A DNA stretch of 32,339 nt. It comes from Octopus bimaculoides. Taxonomy: Eukaryota. Below, piece by piece: positions 12,181-22,924 of the stretch; positions within the stretch are counted from its first letter, which is position 1; each line of letters starts with the position of its first letter. A program made the translations under genes and the position numbers. The DNA is taken from NCBI RefSeq assembly GCF_001194135.2, contig NC_068996.1, forward strand, positions 57,031,844-57,064,182, given 5' to 3'. The notes beneath the pieces are model-generated. The model made no database searches, was not told where the DNA came from, and was given only the letters and a program-made list of their open reading frames with translations.

Positions 12181-12275
12181 ATATACGTCTATATGAGTTA
12201 CAGGTTAAACAACCATCTAAGGGATAATAAATATCCTATATACTACTTGATGTATACCTATGTATTTATATCCAA

Positions 12276-12277
<2 letters not shown>

Positions 12278-12370
<93 letters not shown>
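12278..12370. repeat. (TA)n microsatellite
   Basis: About 90 bp of pure TA. Confidence 0.95.
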
Positions 12371-12371
<1 letters not shown>

Positions 12372-12420
12372 GTACATGTATATTTTATTTATTTATTTAT
12401 TCTATATACATATACAGGTA

Positions 12421-13372
12421 TTATCATCATCATTATCATCACCATTTAACGTCTGCTGTCCATGTTGGTATGGGTTGGATAGTTTGACCGAGGCTAGTAA
12501 GTTGGAAGGCTGCACCAGACTCCAGTCTGATTTGTCATGGTTTTCTACAGCTGGATGCCCTTCTTAATGCCAACCACTCTGAGAATGTAATAGGTGCTTT
12601 TACATGCAACCAGCATGGATGCCATTTGCATGACACCGGTATCTGCCATGACTGTGGTTTTACATGGTTTGATGGGTCTTCTTCTCAAGCATAGCATAAT
12701 GCCAAATGGAATTGGTTGTTGCCTCCATGAGGCCCAACACTCAGAAGATGTTTTTATGTGCCACCAGCATGGGTGCCATTTGCATAACACTGGTCTCAGT
12801 CATTGCCTCTGTGAAGCCCAGCACTCAAAAGCTCAACCACTTTGCCTCTGTGAGGCTCAATGCTTGAAAGGTGCTTTTACATACCACTTGCATGGGTACT
12901 GGTTACGTGATACCAGCATCAGCCATGAGTGTGATTTCACACAGGTTTTCTCAAGCACAGCATATCGCCAAAGGTCTTGGTCACTAGTCATTGCCTCTGT
13001 GAGACCCAAAGTTTGTAGCTCACCTCTTCCCATGTCTTCCCAGGTCTACCTCTGCCACGGGTTCCCTCCACAGTTAGAGATCGGCACTTCTTTAAACAGC
13101 TGTCCTTGTCCATACACATCACATGACCATACCAGTACAGTCATCTCTCTTGCACACCACATTTGATGCCTCTTATGCCCAACTTTTCTCTCAAGATGCT
13201 TACACTCTGTCAAATGTGCAAACTGACATTGTACATCCAGCAAAGCATTCTAGCTTCATTTCTTTCAAGCCTACACATGTCCTCACCTGTCACAGCCCAT
13301 GTTCCACTGCCATGTAGCATAGCTGTTTACACAAAGGCATCATACAATCTCCCTTTCACTCTGCGAGAGTGA
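12421..13372 (-). mobile_element. 5'-truncated RTE LINE (RT C-terminus, modular 3' UTR, GAT tail)
   Basis: Minus strand encodes GSGTWAVTGEDMCRLERNEARMLCWMYNVS...GIKCGVQER*LYWYGHVMCMDKDSCLKKCRSLTVEGT with stops; by eye about 85% identical to 24700-25000. Confidence 0.88.
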
Positions 13373-13704
13373 GAGAGAGAAGCTATGTATTATATATAAT
13401 ACATATATTCACATATAAAATATGTATTCATATATGTTAAACATACATATATTATATTATATTACCTTACATTATACATAATTCTTTTCCTAAATAGACT
13501 GCACTTCTATTCAAGGCTCTGATGTAGCTCAAAAGGTGTTACTCACACACTCAACTATAAGTACACTGCATCTTATAGCAGAAACAGCTGTTAGCTAATG
13601 AAGTTCAAAAAATAATTGTTTATACCTTTGTCATCTTATTTTCTTATATCATCGTTATCATTTAACATCCACTTTTCTTTGCATACTCTCTATCTCCTTT
13701 CTCT

Positions 13705-13746
<42 letters not shown>

Positions 13747-14814
13747 TCACTCTCTCTGTTTTCTAGTGTCATGCTAAGAAACCTACAGGCTAGCTTCATG
13801 GACACACGGTGGGATGTTTGCCAGACTATTTCTCTCATTTTTATATATTCAGCAGAGCTCATTGAGATAAAAGAGAATATTACAGATTGTTATGGATATA
13901 CAGAGACATAATATTAAATTAAGCTGAGACAATAATTATTTATGTATCTATTTAAACTAGATATGCTGTCCCATCTTGCAAATACATCTCCCTGGTAACG
14001 TGATGGGATCTCTGACTTTTCACCAGTTGACTGTACTCTTTAACTTGACAAGTATGATCCATCCCCTGCTACCACAGTTACTCCTGCTATCATGACGATA
14101 CATGACAGCTGGGGACCATCTATTGGGATCACCAGTTCAGTCCTTGAATATGTTGTTAGATATAATGAAGATAATGTGGGTCCTTTGCACAAAGCTGACA
14201 GGACAGTGTAGAAGCCACTGAGCAGACAACCTGTGCAACAGAATGGTAACTCTGAATAAAAAGAATTGATGAAAATACACCTTGTTTTTAGAAGGACAAT
14301 TCATTTCTGACAAATGCCCTTTTCTTGTGCTTAAGATAGAATAAGGTAAACTAAGTTCACGCTTTAAAATGGTTGGTGAGAGGAAAGGCATTCAACTGAT
14401 AAATCTAACAAAATTACGGAGGTCAGAAATACAATGAAAATCAAATTTGTGTGTATGGAGTTAACATAACATTGAGGAGGGCTATCAGAAGAGAAGATCA
14501 TCCTCACCAGATTTTGACTTTCATCAAATGATTGAATCAGCTCTAATTATTAACGATGCAAAAAAAAAAAATAACAGAAAAAGTAAAGAAAACAACATTC
14601 ATACAAGAACTGACCCATTATTGGAAAATTTTCCTTTCTGTCATATTTAGAAATGTGAGGTGAGACAATCAACACTGGCATGAGGGGATGTTGCTTCCAA
14701 GAGGCTGAAGAAATGTTAAAACACAAGCAGGTCATTTGCTATAATAATGAGGTTGCTATCAAATGTTATTGAGGTGATCTGCAAGAGGTTACGATGTGAA
14801 TACACTTCAACCAG

Positions 14815-15127
14815 GCAACTATGTGGATACTAAAACTGCAGTTTCAGGTTCAATTCCATTGCACAGCATCTACTATAACCCCAGGCCCAGCCAATAACTT
14901 GTGAGTTTGGTCAACAGAAACTATGTGGAAGCCCAACATATATATGTGTGTGTCTGATGTTTGTTTAATCTCCACCACCACTTGACAAGCAGTGTTGGTT
15001 TGTTTACATTACAATAGCTTAGCAGACTTAAATAAGTTATTGGGTCAATTTGTTCAAGTAAGCTGTTCAATGTGGTGTCCCAGCATGGCTGCAGTTCAAT
15101 GACTGAAGCAAGTTAAAGAGAAAAGAT
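14815..15127 (+). mobile_element. Degenerate CORE-type tRNA SINE
   Basis: B-box-like caggttcaattcc, tctactataaccccaggc...ttgtgagt...gaaactatgtggaagccc, (TG)n, then tail ...cccagcatggctgcagttcaatgactgaagcaagttaaagag. Confidence 0.6.
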
Positions 15128-15559
15128 ATATATGTTTGTGTGTGTATGTGTGTGTGTATTATACATGATATATCATATAAAATACATAGGTATATACAGT
15201 ATGTATGTATAGATAATATGTAATATTTATATAGAATAGATAGATGGATGGGTGGACGGACAGACAGACACTTTAAGTGGGTTTAATTGAAGAAACAATT
15301 TGTTAATTTATATAATTGTCACATGTTTGTTATTATTAGTTGGTCTACTCCTCTCACTTGCTAAGTTTGTTTCTTATTCTAACTCCAGATTAAAATATTC
15401 ATTTTAACCCTCCAGTGTTGAACTCTAATGAGTGAAGGCCTTAAGGTGGTATGTGTTAGGCTCTGATGGAATTATCTGAAATGCAGCTTTAAGAAAATTG
15501 AGTGACACCACTAATGTTAATAGATTCTACCACACACTCAATGATTTATTGCTTGCATC

Positions 15560-15626
15560 GGAAATTATTGTTGTTGTTATTATCATTGTCATTATTCCTT
15601 ATTATTATTATTATTATTATTATTAT

Positions 15627-15658
<32 letters not shown>

Positions 15659-15667
15659 TTATTATTC
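15560..15667. repeat. Compound (TTG)/(ATT)n(AGT)n(ATT) microsatellite, tail/target of the adjacent Dong-like element
   Basis: attattatt...agtagtagt...attattatt directly abuts the element's 3' end. Confidence 0.9.
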
Positions 15668-16122
15668 CATTAGGCACAACAGGTTAAACTGTTGGAAAAG
15701 AAAAGAATCCGAACATCAGGCTACAACAAATAACCTTAGATGCCAAGAACCCTCCTAAGTATCCTAGCTGTCCCTAATAACACTGTTTACTGCAGCTCTA
15801 CTAAACTGGGTTTTATGCCTATTTCCTTTATCCATCTGTTCAGATCTTTAGGGATAGTTCCCAATGCACTTGTAACTACTAGGATACATTTTACCCACAC
15901 TTTCCATAGTTTCTGTAAATCAAAGTCCTTGTACTTTGCTATTTTTTTCCATACTTCTCATATCAATGTTTTCATCATTTGTAACTGTAAAGTCAATTAT
16001 CTGGCACTTTCTATTCTCTATCTCTAACTACTACTAAATCAGACCTTATAGCTTCTATTACTCTGTCAGTCTCAGTGTTAAAATCCCACAACAATTTGTA
16101 TTCCTTATTTTTTCACACTTCC
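15668..16122 (-). mobile_element. R4/Dong-like non-LTR retrotransposon 3' end (restriction-like endonuclease domain)
   Basis: Minus strand, with frameshifts: KLLWDFNTETDRVIEAIRSDLVVV...KCQIIDFTVTNDENIDMRSMEK-IAKYKD..LQKLWKV...VVTSALGTIPKDLNRWIKEIGIKPSLVELQ*TVLLGTARILRRVLGI*. This is the RPD...IID...EK..KY pattern of RLE-bearing R4/Dong elements. (TAA)-type tracts on both flanks. Confidence 0.85.
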
Positions 16123-16683
16123 TATGATTATTATTATTGTTGTTGTTGTTGTTAGTTATATATATAAAATGAATGCTACAAGTGTAGTACTTCATTCTAA
16201 ACAAAGTCTTCAATTATCGATCTATTGATTTATTTACTGTTTGAAATTTAACCCACAACCTTTTATCTCAACAGCATTTCCTGCTTAATTCTCGTTTTGT
16301 TTAGTTTGTTTTTGTGTGTGTGCGTGTGTTTTTTCATTGGACTTTTAGGGGATTTTTAGTGTTTTTTTTTTTTTTTACAAGACTTGAAGCAAACATCCCT
16401 TACATTAATATTATATATTCTTATAATTTTAAAATCTTGCCGTAGAAAAATCCACAGGGTACAACTCACAAGCTAGCTTTTATCACGTTACTATGCTTTT
16501 AACAGGATTTTTGTTTTCTTAAGTAAACATGCATTAACATTTACTTGATTGAATGATTATCAGAAAAAGGAGGGGGAGGAGGAGGAAGAGGCGGTGGAGG
16601 TGCGGTTGTTGTTGTTCCCTCTGCTTTGCAAATTATTCTTTATTGGGCAATGTGTAGTGAAGGTTAAGTTAGGTATAGAATGC

Positions 16684-16714
<31 letters not shown>

Positions 16715-16953
16715 TGAATGATGGGATGGGAGTGGGTGGAAGAAATTCTGGAAGATGTTGCCTCTGTTGGTAACAATAAAGATCTGATTCTATGCAGAAC
16801 TGTGTAGGGACTTTGATGCTACATGGGGATAAGACATGTGGTTATAGTCTGTGGCAAAATATGTGAAATGAGGTGAGTATATGTTTTATATACATATACC
16901 TGCATATATATACATAATAATACTCATATTCATATATATATATATATATATAT

Positions 16954-17478
16954 NNNNNNNNNNNNNNNNNNNNNNNNNNNNNNNNNNNNNNNNNNNNNNN
17001 NNNNNNNNNNNNNNNNNNNNNNNNNNNNNNNNNNNNNNNNNNNNNNNNNNNNNNNNNNNNNNNNNNNNNNNNNNNNNNNNNNNNNNNNNNNNNNNNNNNN
17101 NNNNNNNNNNNNNNNNNNNNNNNNNNNNNNNNNNNNNNNNNNNNNNNNNNNNNNNNNNNNNNNNNNNNNNNNNNNNNNNNNNNNNNNNNNNNNNNNNNNN
17201 NNNNNNNNNNNNNNNNNNNNNNNNNNNNNNNNNNNNNNNNNNNNNNNNNNNNNNNNNNNNNNNNNNNNNNNNNNNNNNNNNNNNNNNNNNNNNNNNNNNN
17301 NNNNNNNNNNNNNNNNNNNNNNNNNNNNNNNNNNNNNNNNNNNNNNNNNNNNNNNNNNNNNNNNNNNNNNNNNNNNNNNNNNNNNNNNNNNNNNNNNNNN
17401 NNNNNNNNNNNNNNNNNNNNNNNNNNNNNNNNNNNNNNNNNNNNNNNNNNNNNNNNNNNNNNNNNNNNNNNNNNNNNN
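16954..17478. other. Assembly gap (N-run)
   Basis: N characters; left flank (TA)n. Confidence 0.98.
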
Positions 17479-18084
17479 TTTATATGTCTGTATTAATATG
17501 CATGCTAAACATTATACAATTATAAATTCACAAACCAGTGTAGATAAAGAGAGCTAGCTCATCAGATCACCAAATGTTTCAACACTAAGCACACATATAA
17601 AAGTTTATCTTTAAATATACAATGTATGGAAGACTGATACTAGATAAAATGAGCTTGATATGGATTCTATGAATCCATATATTACACTAAAAATTTATGT
17701 GTATGTGTATGTATGTGTGTATGGAAGGTAGTGGACAAGGGAACTGTGAGAGAGAGAGAGTATGTGTGTTCATGTATGAAGTACGTTTAATGAGCATGAT
17801 GGTGCATGATTACAATACAAAGCATGTGGAAGTTGGATGCTTGCCCTCACATGTAATATGTGATGTGAATTACAAACAAATGTTGGATGAAATACTAGCA
17901 AGTAGAGTCAGCATCAAAGGGTGTCTTTGGCTGAGGTGGGGGTTGTAGTTGTTGCATTTCAGAATATTTGGCTCCATGTGTGAGATGTCAAAGAGCCATA
18001 TTAACAAAGAACACAATATTCTATAATGCAATCGTATCTAATCCAGAATCATTAAAATATCCATTAGCATTCTTAAGGTGTTGC

Positions 18085-18170
18085 TTCTGACTGTTTACAT
18101 TCTGGGTTCAAATCTTGCCAAAGTCAACCATACCATTTTATCCATTTAGAATTGGTGGAATAAAGATATT
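18085..18170 (+). mobile_element. Fragment of the tRNA SINE family seen at 4385-4597
   Basis: ttctgggttcaaatcttgccaaagtcaaccataccattttatccatttagaattggtggaataaag: B-box plus degenerate central domain. Confidence 0.45.
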
Positions 18171-19045
18171 TGTGTTATTCTTCCAAGCAGTGTTTTGTTT
18201 GTGTTACATTCTTTTCTTTTTGGTTTTGTTTTTTGTGCTTTTAAATAAGTATCTGTTTAAACATGATGAAATCTGTTTATTTGAGCATTTTGGACTCTGT
18301 TGATACTATCATAAGGAAATAGTCAATTAGTCTATCAGGCCTGAATCTAAAATTAACACCGCTTATACTTCCTGACGTTTTATAGCTTATATACTTCTCA
18401 TGAAATAATTTCATTGATCAGATCTTCAGAATTTCAATTGCATCGACACTCTATGTTGCACTTCTCTGTGTTAGATTACTGGTTCTCTGAATCCATATCT
18501 CATACTACAAATTTATATATTTATATCTATCTATCTATCTATCTATCTACACACACACACACATTGATTTAGGCAAGCTACCTAATTTTCATATCAAGAG
18601 AAAGATACATATCTTAACATAGATGAATCTTTAGTTGAAAATTGATCTAAATTATGAAAAGATGGCTGCAACTTGATCTTAGCTAAGCCATATAACTTTT
18701 TCTTCTTTACCTAAAACTTAAGTGGTTTGTCTCAAATTAGATACTGTATATAAAATATTAATAATTCTCAATTCATTTGAGAATTATTGTTTAGTTAAAA
18801 TTGTTGACAAACAAACAGCACTCAATACATGTGTACATACACATACTGAAACAGTAAAAATCCATGGAAAATTCTAATAGACTGCTTCAGCAGTAAATGA
18901 AATACAAAATGGTTTGAAAAAAGGAATAAATTATTTTGCTGTGTAAAAGAGGTGATGCATAATGTCTAATACTTTATGTAGGATGGTATAACATGGGAGA
19001 AGTTTATTTGTATTAATATATGTACCTTGTTTTTGTACATTTCAG

Positions 19046-19278
19046 TTCCATGGTCTTCCGGCACGGATAGAAGAGAGTCTTCAAGTTGCTGAGAATCTCC
19101 GACGTGTCTATTCCCAGAGTGATCGATGTGACATCTGCAAGACACACATCAGTCAGCTGAAACAAGAAGCCTTTTTAATAGTGAGATCCATCCAAACCAG
19201 TGGAGATTCTGTCCAGGGTGCAGCTTTACAGATACGTTCCACACAAACTCTGCCTGGCTCACCACCCAGTTACCAAAG
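19046..19278 (+). CDS. KIF26: Internal coding exon of a KIF26A/B-like kinesin (kinesin-11 family), N-terminal pre-motor region; starts phase 0, ends phase 2
   Basis: Acceptor ttttgtacatttcAG (AG 19044-19045), donor AG|GTaaaa (GT 19279-19280). 77 open codons + 2 nt: FHGLPARIEESLQVAENLRRVYSQSDRCDICKTHISQLKQEAFLIVRSIQTSGDSVQGAALQIRSTQTLPGSPPSYQ. Matches human KIF26B as I recall it ([47 protein letters not shown]): LQV, RCDIC-TH--QLKQEA. An in-frame TAA follows just after the donor, as expected for an internal exon. Balanced GC and retained CpGs contrast with the flanks. Confidence 0.88.
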
Positions 19279-19322
19279 GTAAAACATCTATTCTTTTCTT
19301 CATCATCATCATTATTATTATT

Positions 19323-19475
19323 CCATATATGCACAACAGCTTAAACTTTTGGAAAAACTTCCTATCATAAGGCTACAACAAGTAACCTTAGATGTCAAGA
19401 ACCTTCTTAAGAATCCTAATTCTCCCCCCTTTTAATACCGTTTTCTGGAGCTGCACTAAACTAGATTTTATAAAA

Positions 19476-19515
<40 letters not shown>

Positions 19516-20491
19516 GAAAAGGTTGCAAGATGCAACAAAAATTTTAGAAAAATAAATAAATAAATGAGTGGAAACTTTACCGGTGAGTGTGTTAAATTAT
19601 AAGACATCTCTCCAGACACAACAGAAAATCCTCTTTGCCATGACCACACAGTCAAGTCTGCATCTATATTCCTTCTGTGCCAAAGAACTATAGGAACTTA
19701 CTATGCACATAATGGATTCCTCTTTCTCATTACTCTGCACTTTGCACTTTTTGCGGATTTGTCCATTTTGGTCTTAATGATATTCCTCCACAATGACTGA
19801 CTTTGAGCAGCCATTATCGGTCGTTTTGTTTCTTTCTTAAGGCCTCTATTCTTCGGCCATAACCATGACTCATCTGTGTTTATCTGAGACATTGACTGTG
19901 TAGTTCTTTTCCCCGGATGTTTCTTTCTCTTTTTTCTTTTCTAGTATTCTTTCGTGATCTCCACAGCTTACTTTGGCAGCTGAAATCAATCTTTCTAACT
20001 TGCTTCTCACATATTCTTGTATATCTCGTTTTGCCCTCTCTGCACAGCCTTCTACTGCTATCAAACTTCCTTCTATGGTAGGTAAAAAATCTATTGACAC
20101 TGTCTCTGAAACATTGTCTTCCTGGTTTTACAATCTGTCTTTTAGTTCTTAGTCCAGTTCAGGAAAGCAGCAGAATGTCTTATTAGAAAGTTCACCCATG
20201 TGTTTACTGCACAGATACTTTTCTTCCTTCAATCAATTTTCAGCTTGGCACCCTTTTAACACTCCTCAGATATTCATTTCTCATCTTTTCTTTGATTTCG
20301 TAACAGAGGATTCTATCTGTTTCCAATACACCCAGGTACTTGGAGCTGTCACCCTCATTCATTGTTCAAATTGCTGTCTTATTTGGTAGATCAGTCCCTT
20401 CTGACTTGGATATTCTTCCTCTCCTTATTACTAGCACCACACATTTATCTATTCCAAAACCCATGTCAATGTTGTCACTCACAACTTTAAC
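19323..20491 (-). mobile_element. R4/Dong-like non-LTR retrotransposon, 5'-truncated and internally disrupted (RT end, CCHC zinc finger, RLE tail)
   Basis: Minus strand: VKVVSDNIDMGFGIDKC...EGTDLPN...MNEGDSSKYLGVLE (RT C-terminus); GLKKETKRPIMAAQSQSLWRNIIKTKMDKSAKSAKCR...SSLAQKEY (zinc-finger region); after an internal (TAA)n tract at 19476-19515, IKSSLVQLQKTVL...RILKKVLDI*. The 3' terminus is homologous to 15668 (attattccat..gcacaacag.ttaaact). Confidence 0.88.
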
Positions 20492-20611
20492 ATTATTATT
20501 ATTATTATTATTATCATTACTTCAAATTATTGTTTAAAGTCCTTTTCTGGATTGTGTTATATGACTTTTTTTTTTTTTTGAAACCTGTTTTTTTTTTTTT
20601 TAAATTAGAGC

Positions 20612-21010
20612 AGACATGGTAGTGTGTAGCTAAGAAGTTTGCTGAGCAACCATGATGTGATTTTAGGTTCAGTCCCAATCCCTGTCACTTTGGCTAAGCG
20701 TCTTTTGCTATTGCTCCAAGCTGATCAAAGCCATATGAGTGAATTTCAGAGTTGGAAACTGAAAGAAGCATATCAAGTGTGTGTGTGTCTGTGTGTGTGT
20801 GTGTGCGCTTCTAAATTTACAAGCTACTAATGGTGTTGTTACTCATTCTGCCAACAAATTGTCTGCTAGTTTTGTGTCTCTGAAGCATATGAAAGAAGAG
20901 ATCCCTTACTAGGAAAACAGCTGATGGTTAGCAACAGGAAGAGCATCTAGCTGTAAAACAATACCACATGAATGTATTCATCTAACCCATACTAACATAG
21001 AAAAACAGAT
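20612..21010 (+). mobile_element. Degenerate CORE-type tRNA SINE with RTE-like tail
   Basis: tagctaagaagtttgct...aggttcagtccc...ggaaactgaaagaagc(TG)n...caacaggaagagcatctagctgtaaaa...taacccatactaacatagaaaaacagatgtaaaa. Confidence 0.6.
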
Positions 21011-21070
21011 GTAAAAATTAATTAATAAATTTCAATATGGTTGGATAGAAGAGTGATAGAAGAACAGTCA

Positions 21071-21900
21071 TTTTTTTATTGCCCATGAGGGGCTACACAT
21101 AGAAGGGGACAAACACAATCGGGGAACTAAAATTATAAAATGGAGGTATAAAGAAAGAAACAAAATAAAAGAAAAGAATGAATTATGAAAACGATGATAT
21201 AATGAGGTGGAATGCTCACTCGACCCCCGACGTCGAGTCGTTACATTGATACCGTTTTGTCGTTCACTGCCTTAAATCTAGCAGTTCAATTCCATAGTCC
21301 TCTTTCAGTTTAGTATAATTAATCTTTTTCGGCAACTTGTCTCTATCGCCGATGACTTTCTACCAATCAATGCCTTCATCATTCTTTTTTACTATTTCCC
21401 ATTGTTCTTTGTTTACTAAATAACACATCGTAGTCTCACCATCATCATCTACGAATTCTACTTCCACCATATCCTTCCAATCGTTTAACCGTTTAAACAT
21501 GTCATCTCCCGCGTTCTCATACAGAACGCAAGCAAAACAAACAGGGGGAGGGGAAATCCTATTTTCATCGTGTGTGTTTGTATTTTTTTTTTGTTTTCTT
21601 GTTGGAGGGGATTGGGTAGGTTTGGTGTTTGTATGGGGAGGGTGAGGTGAAAAGGGAGTGGATGGGCCCTGGGTGGGTTGGGGTTCACAATTACTTTCTT
21701 TCTTTTCCTTTTTTTCCTCCTCACGGCCGTTTCCCATTCCTTATCTTCTGGAGTTTCCTTTTCCACTTCTTGTGTCCTCTCTTGTGGTGGTGGCCGTCTC
21801 TCCTCTACCATTTTGGGTGGTGTAGGGCAGTTCGCTCTTATGTGTCCCTTCAGGCCACATTTAAAGCACCGTGGAACTCTTCTTTCCACTAACAGTATGG
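21071..21900 (-). mobile_element. Zinc-knuckle (ORF1/gag-like) retroelement with 3' UTR and AATAAA/poly(A), lacking ORF2; 5'-truncated
   Basis: CFKCGLKGHIRANC (CX2CX4HX4C), basic EWETAVRRKKRKRKK, Pro-rich linker, then a frameshift near the T-run at 21584-21593 into CVLYENAGDDMFKRLNDWKDMVEVEF...EGIDW*KVIGDRDKLPKKINYTKLKEDYGIELLDLRQ* (stop 21266-21264). About 185-nt UTR, AATAAA at 21080-21075 merging into an A-run ending at 21071. Confidence 0.7.
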
Positions 21901-22047
21901 TATGAGCTGACAATGGAAGGTATATAGCAAAACTAGGTGTAAGACCAAATAAAAATGCAGAAAAGAGTGGTCATGCCTCATCTCAGGATGTTGAGTCTTA
22001 CATATGACATTAAAAAAATCATGAAGATGAATGATACTATCGTATAT

Positions 22048-22846
22048 AGGGCTTTCCTATAAGGTGTTATCCACCCCTGGTTGGAACTCTCCCGTATGAC
22101 ATGTACGCATGCTCAGTGACTTGCTTTAACAGTTGCAATCAGCTGAATGCACATTGCCAGTGACCTTTGACATAATTACCCACACTCTGTGGTCAGGATT
22201 CATTTTTTGGTTTGATGTCGGTATCGAAGGGATTACCAGACACCGGACAATACAGTGAGAGCAGCTTTCACTCACATCATGGTATTCGATGCTGTGTACG
22301 TGTCTGTCGTGGTAAAATATGCCACTCCTTAACTGNNNNNNNNNNNNNNNNNNNNNNNNNNNNNNNNNNNNNNNNNNNNNNNNNNNNNNNNNNNNNNNNN
22401 NNNNNNNNNNNNNNNNNNNNNNNNNNNNNNNNNNNNNNNNNNNNNNNNNNNNNNNNNNNNNNNNNNNNNNNNNNNNNNNNNNNNNNNNNNNNNNNNNNNN
22501 NNNNNNATATAAGCTTCTGCTTATTCCTGTCTGAAGTATCGTCCGATACTTCAGACTTATCGTCCGATGAATTTACTTTGTTGACATTCTTCATCGACAA
22601 AATTTTTATTCCTTTCAACCTTTCAATCAAGTCCGCCTTTCTTCCAGTAACACACTGTCCATATAATCTTAAATATTTCTTTCACTCAGGCACAGTAAGT
22701 ACTTCGATAGCTGAATCATCAAGCTGCTTTATATCCATGATAAGACGTAAAACAATAACAATGGCGTGGGTTAGCCTCCGGAAGTTTAATTATCTACATG
22801 GAGCGCCGCCTAGCCAAGGGAGATAACCTACTTATAGGAAAGCCCT
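22048..22846 (-). mobile_element. Internally deleted TIR DNA transposon with SAP and SWIM remnants (ISL2EU-like)
   Basis: Perfect 16-bp TIRs AGGGCTTTCCTATAAG (22048-22063) / CTTATAGGAAAGCCCT (22831-22846), flanked by AT on both sides. Minus ORF from ATG 22738: MDIKQLDDSAIEVLTVPE*KKYLRLYGQCVTGRKADLIERL (SAP motif with a nonsense codon). After the gap: ...DHRVWVIMSKVTGNVHSADCNC* (start of a SWIM zinc finger, cut after CxC). Confidence 0.85.
22336..22506. other. Assembly gap (171 N) inside the DNA transposon
   Basis: N characters. Confidence 0.98.
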
Positions 22847-22924
22847 ATAGTGCTGTTTACAACATGTGTCACATGGAAAAAGTTAGGTTTTAGCAATAAA
22901 GATCATTATGATGATAATAAGCTT

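Noticed and set aside
12594-13166. 190-aa plus-strand ORF and similar ORFs at 11246-11491 and 31503-32024
   Set aside because: Antisense or UTR readings of RTE 3' regions; tandem UTR units create the repeated HEAQ motifs.
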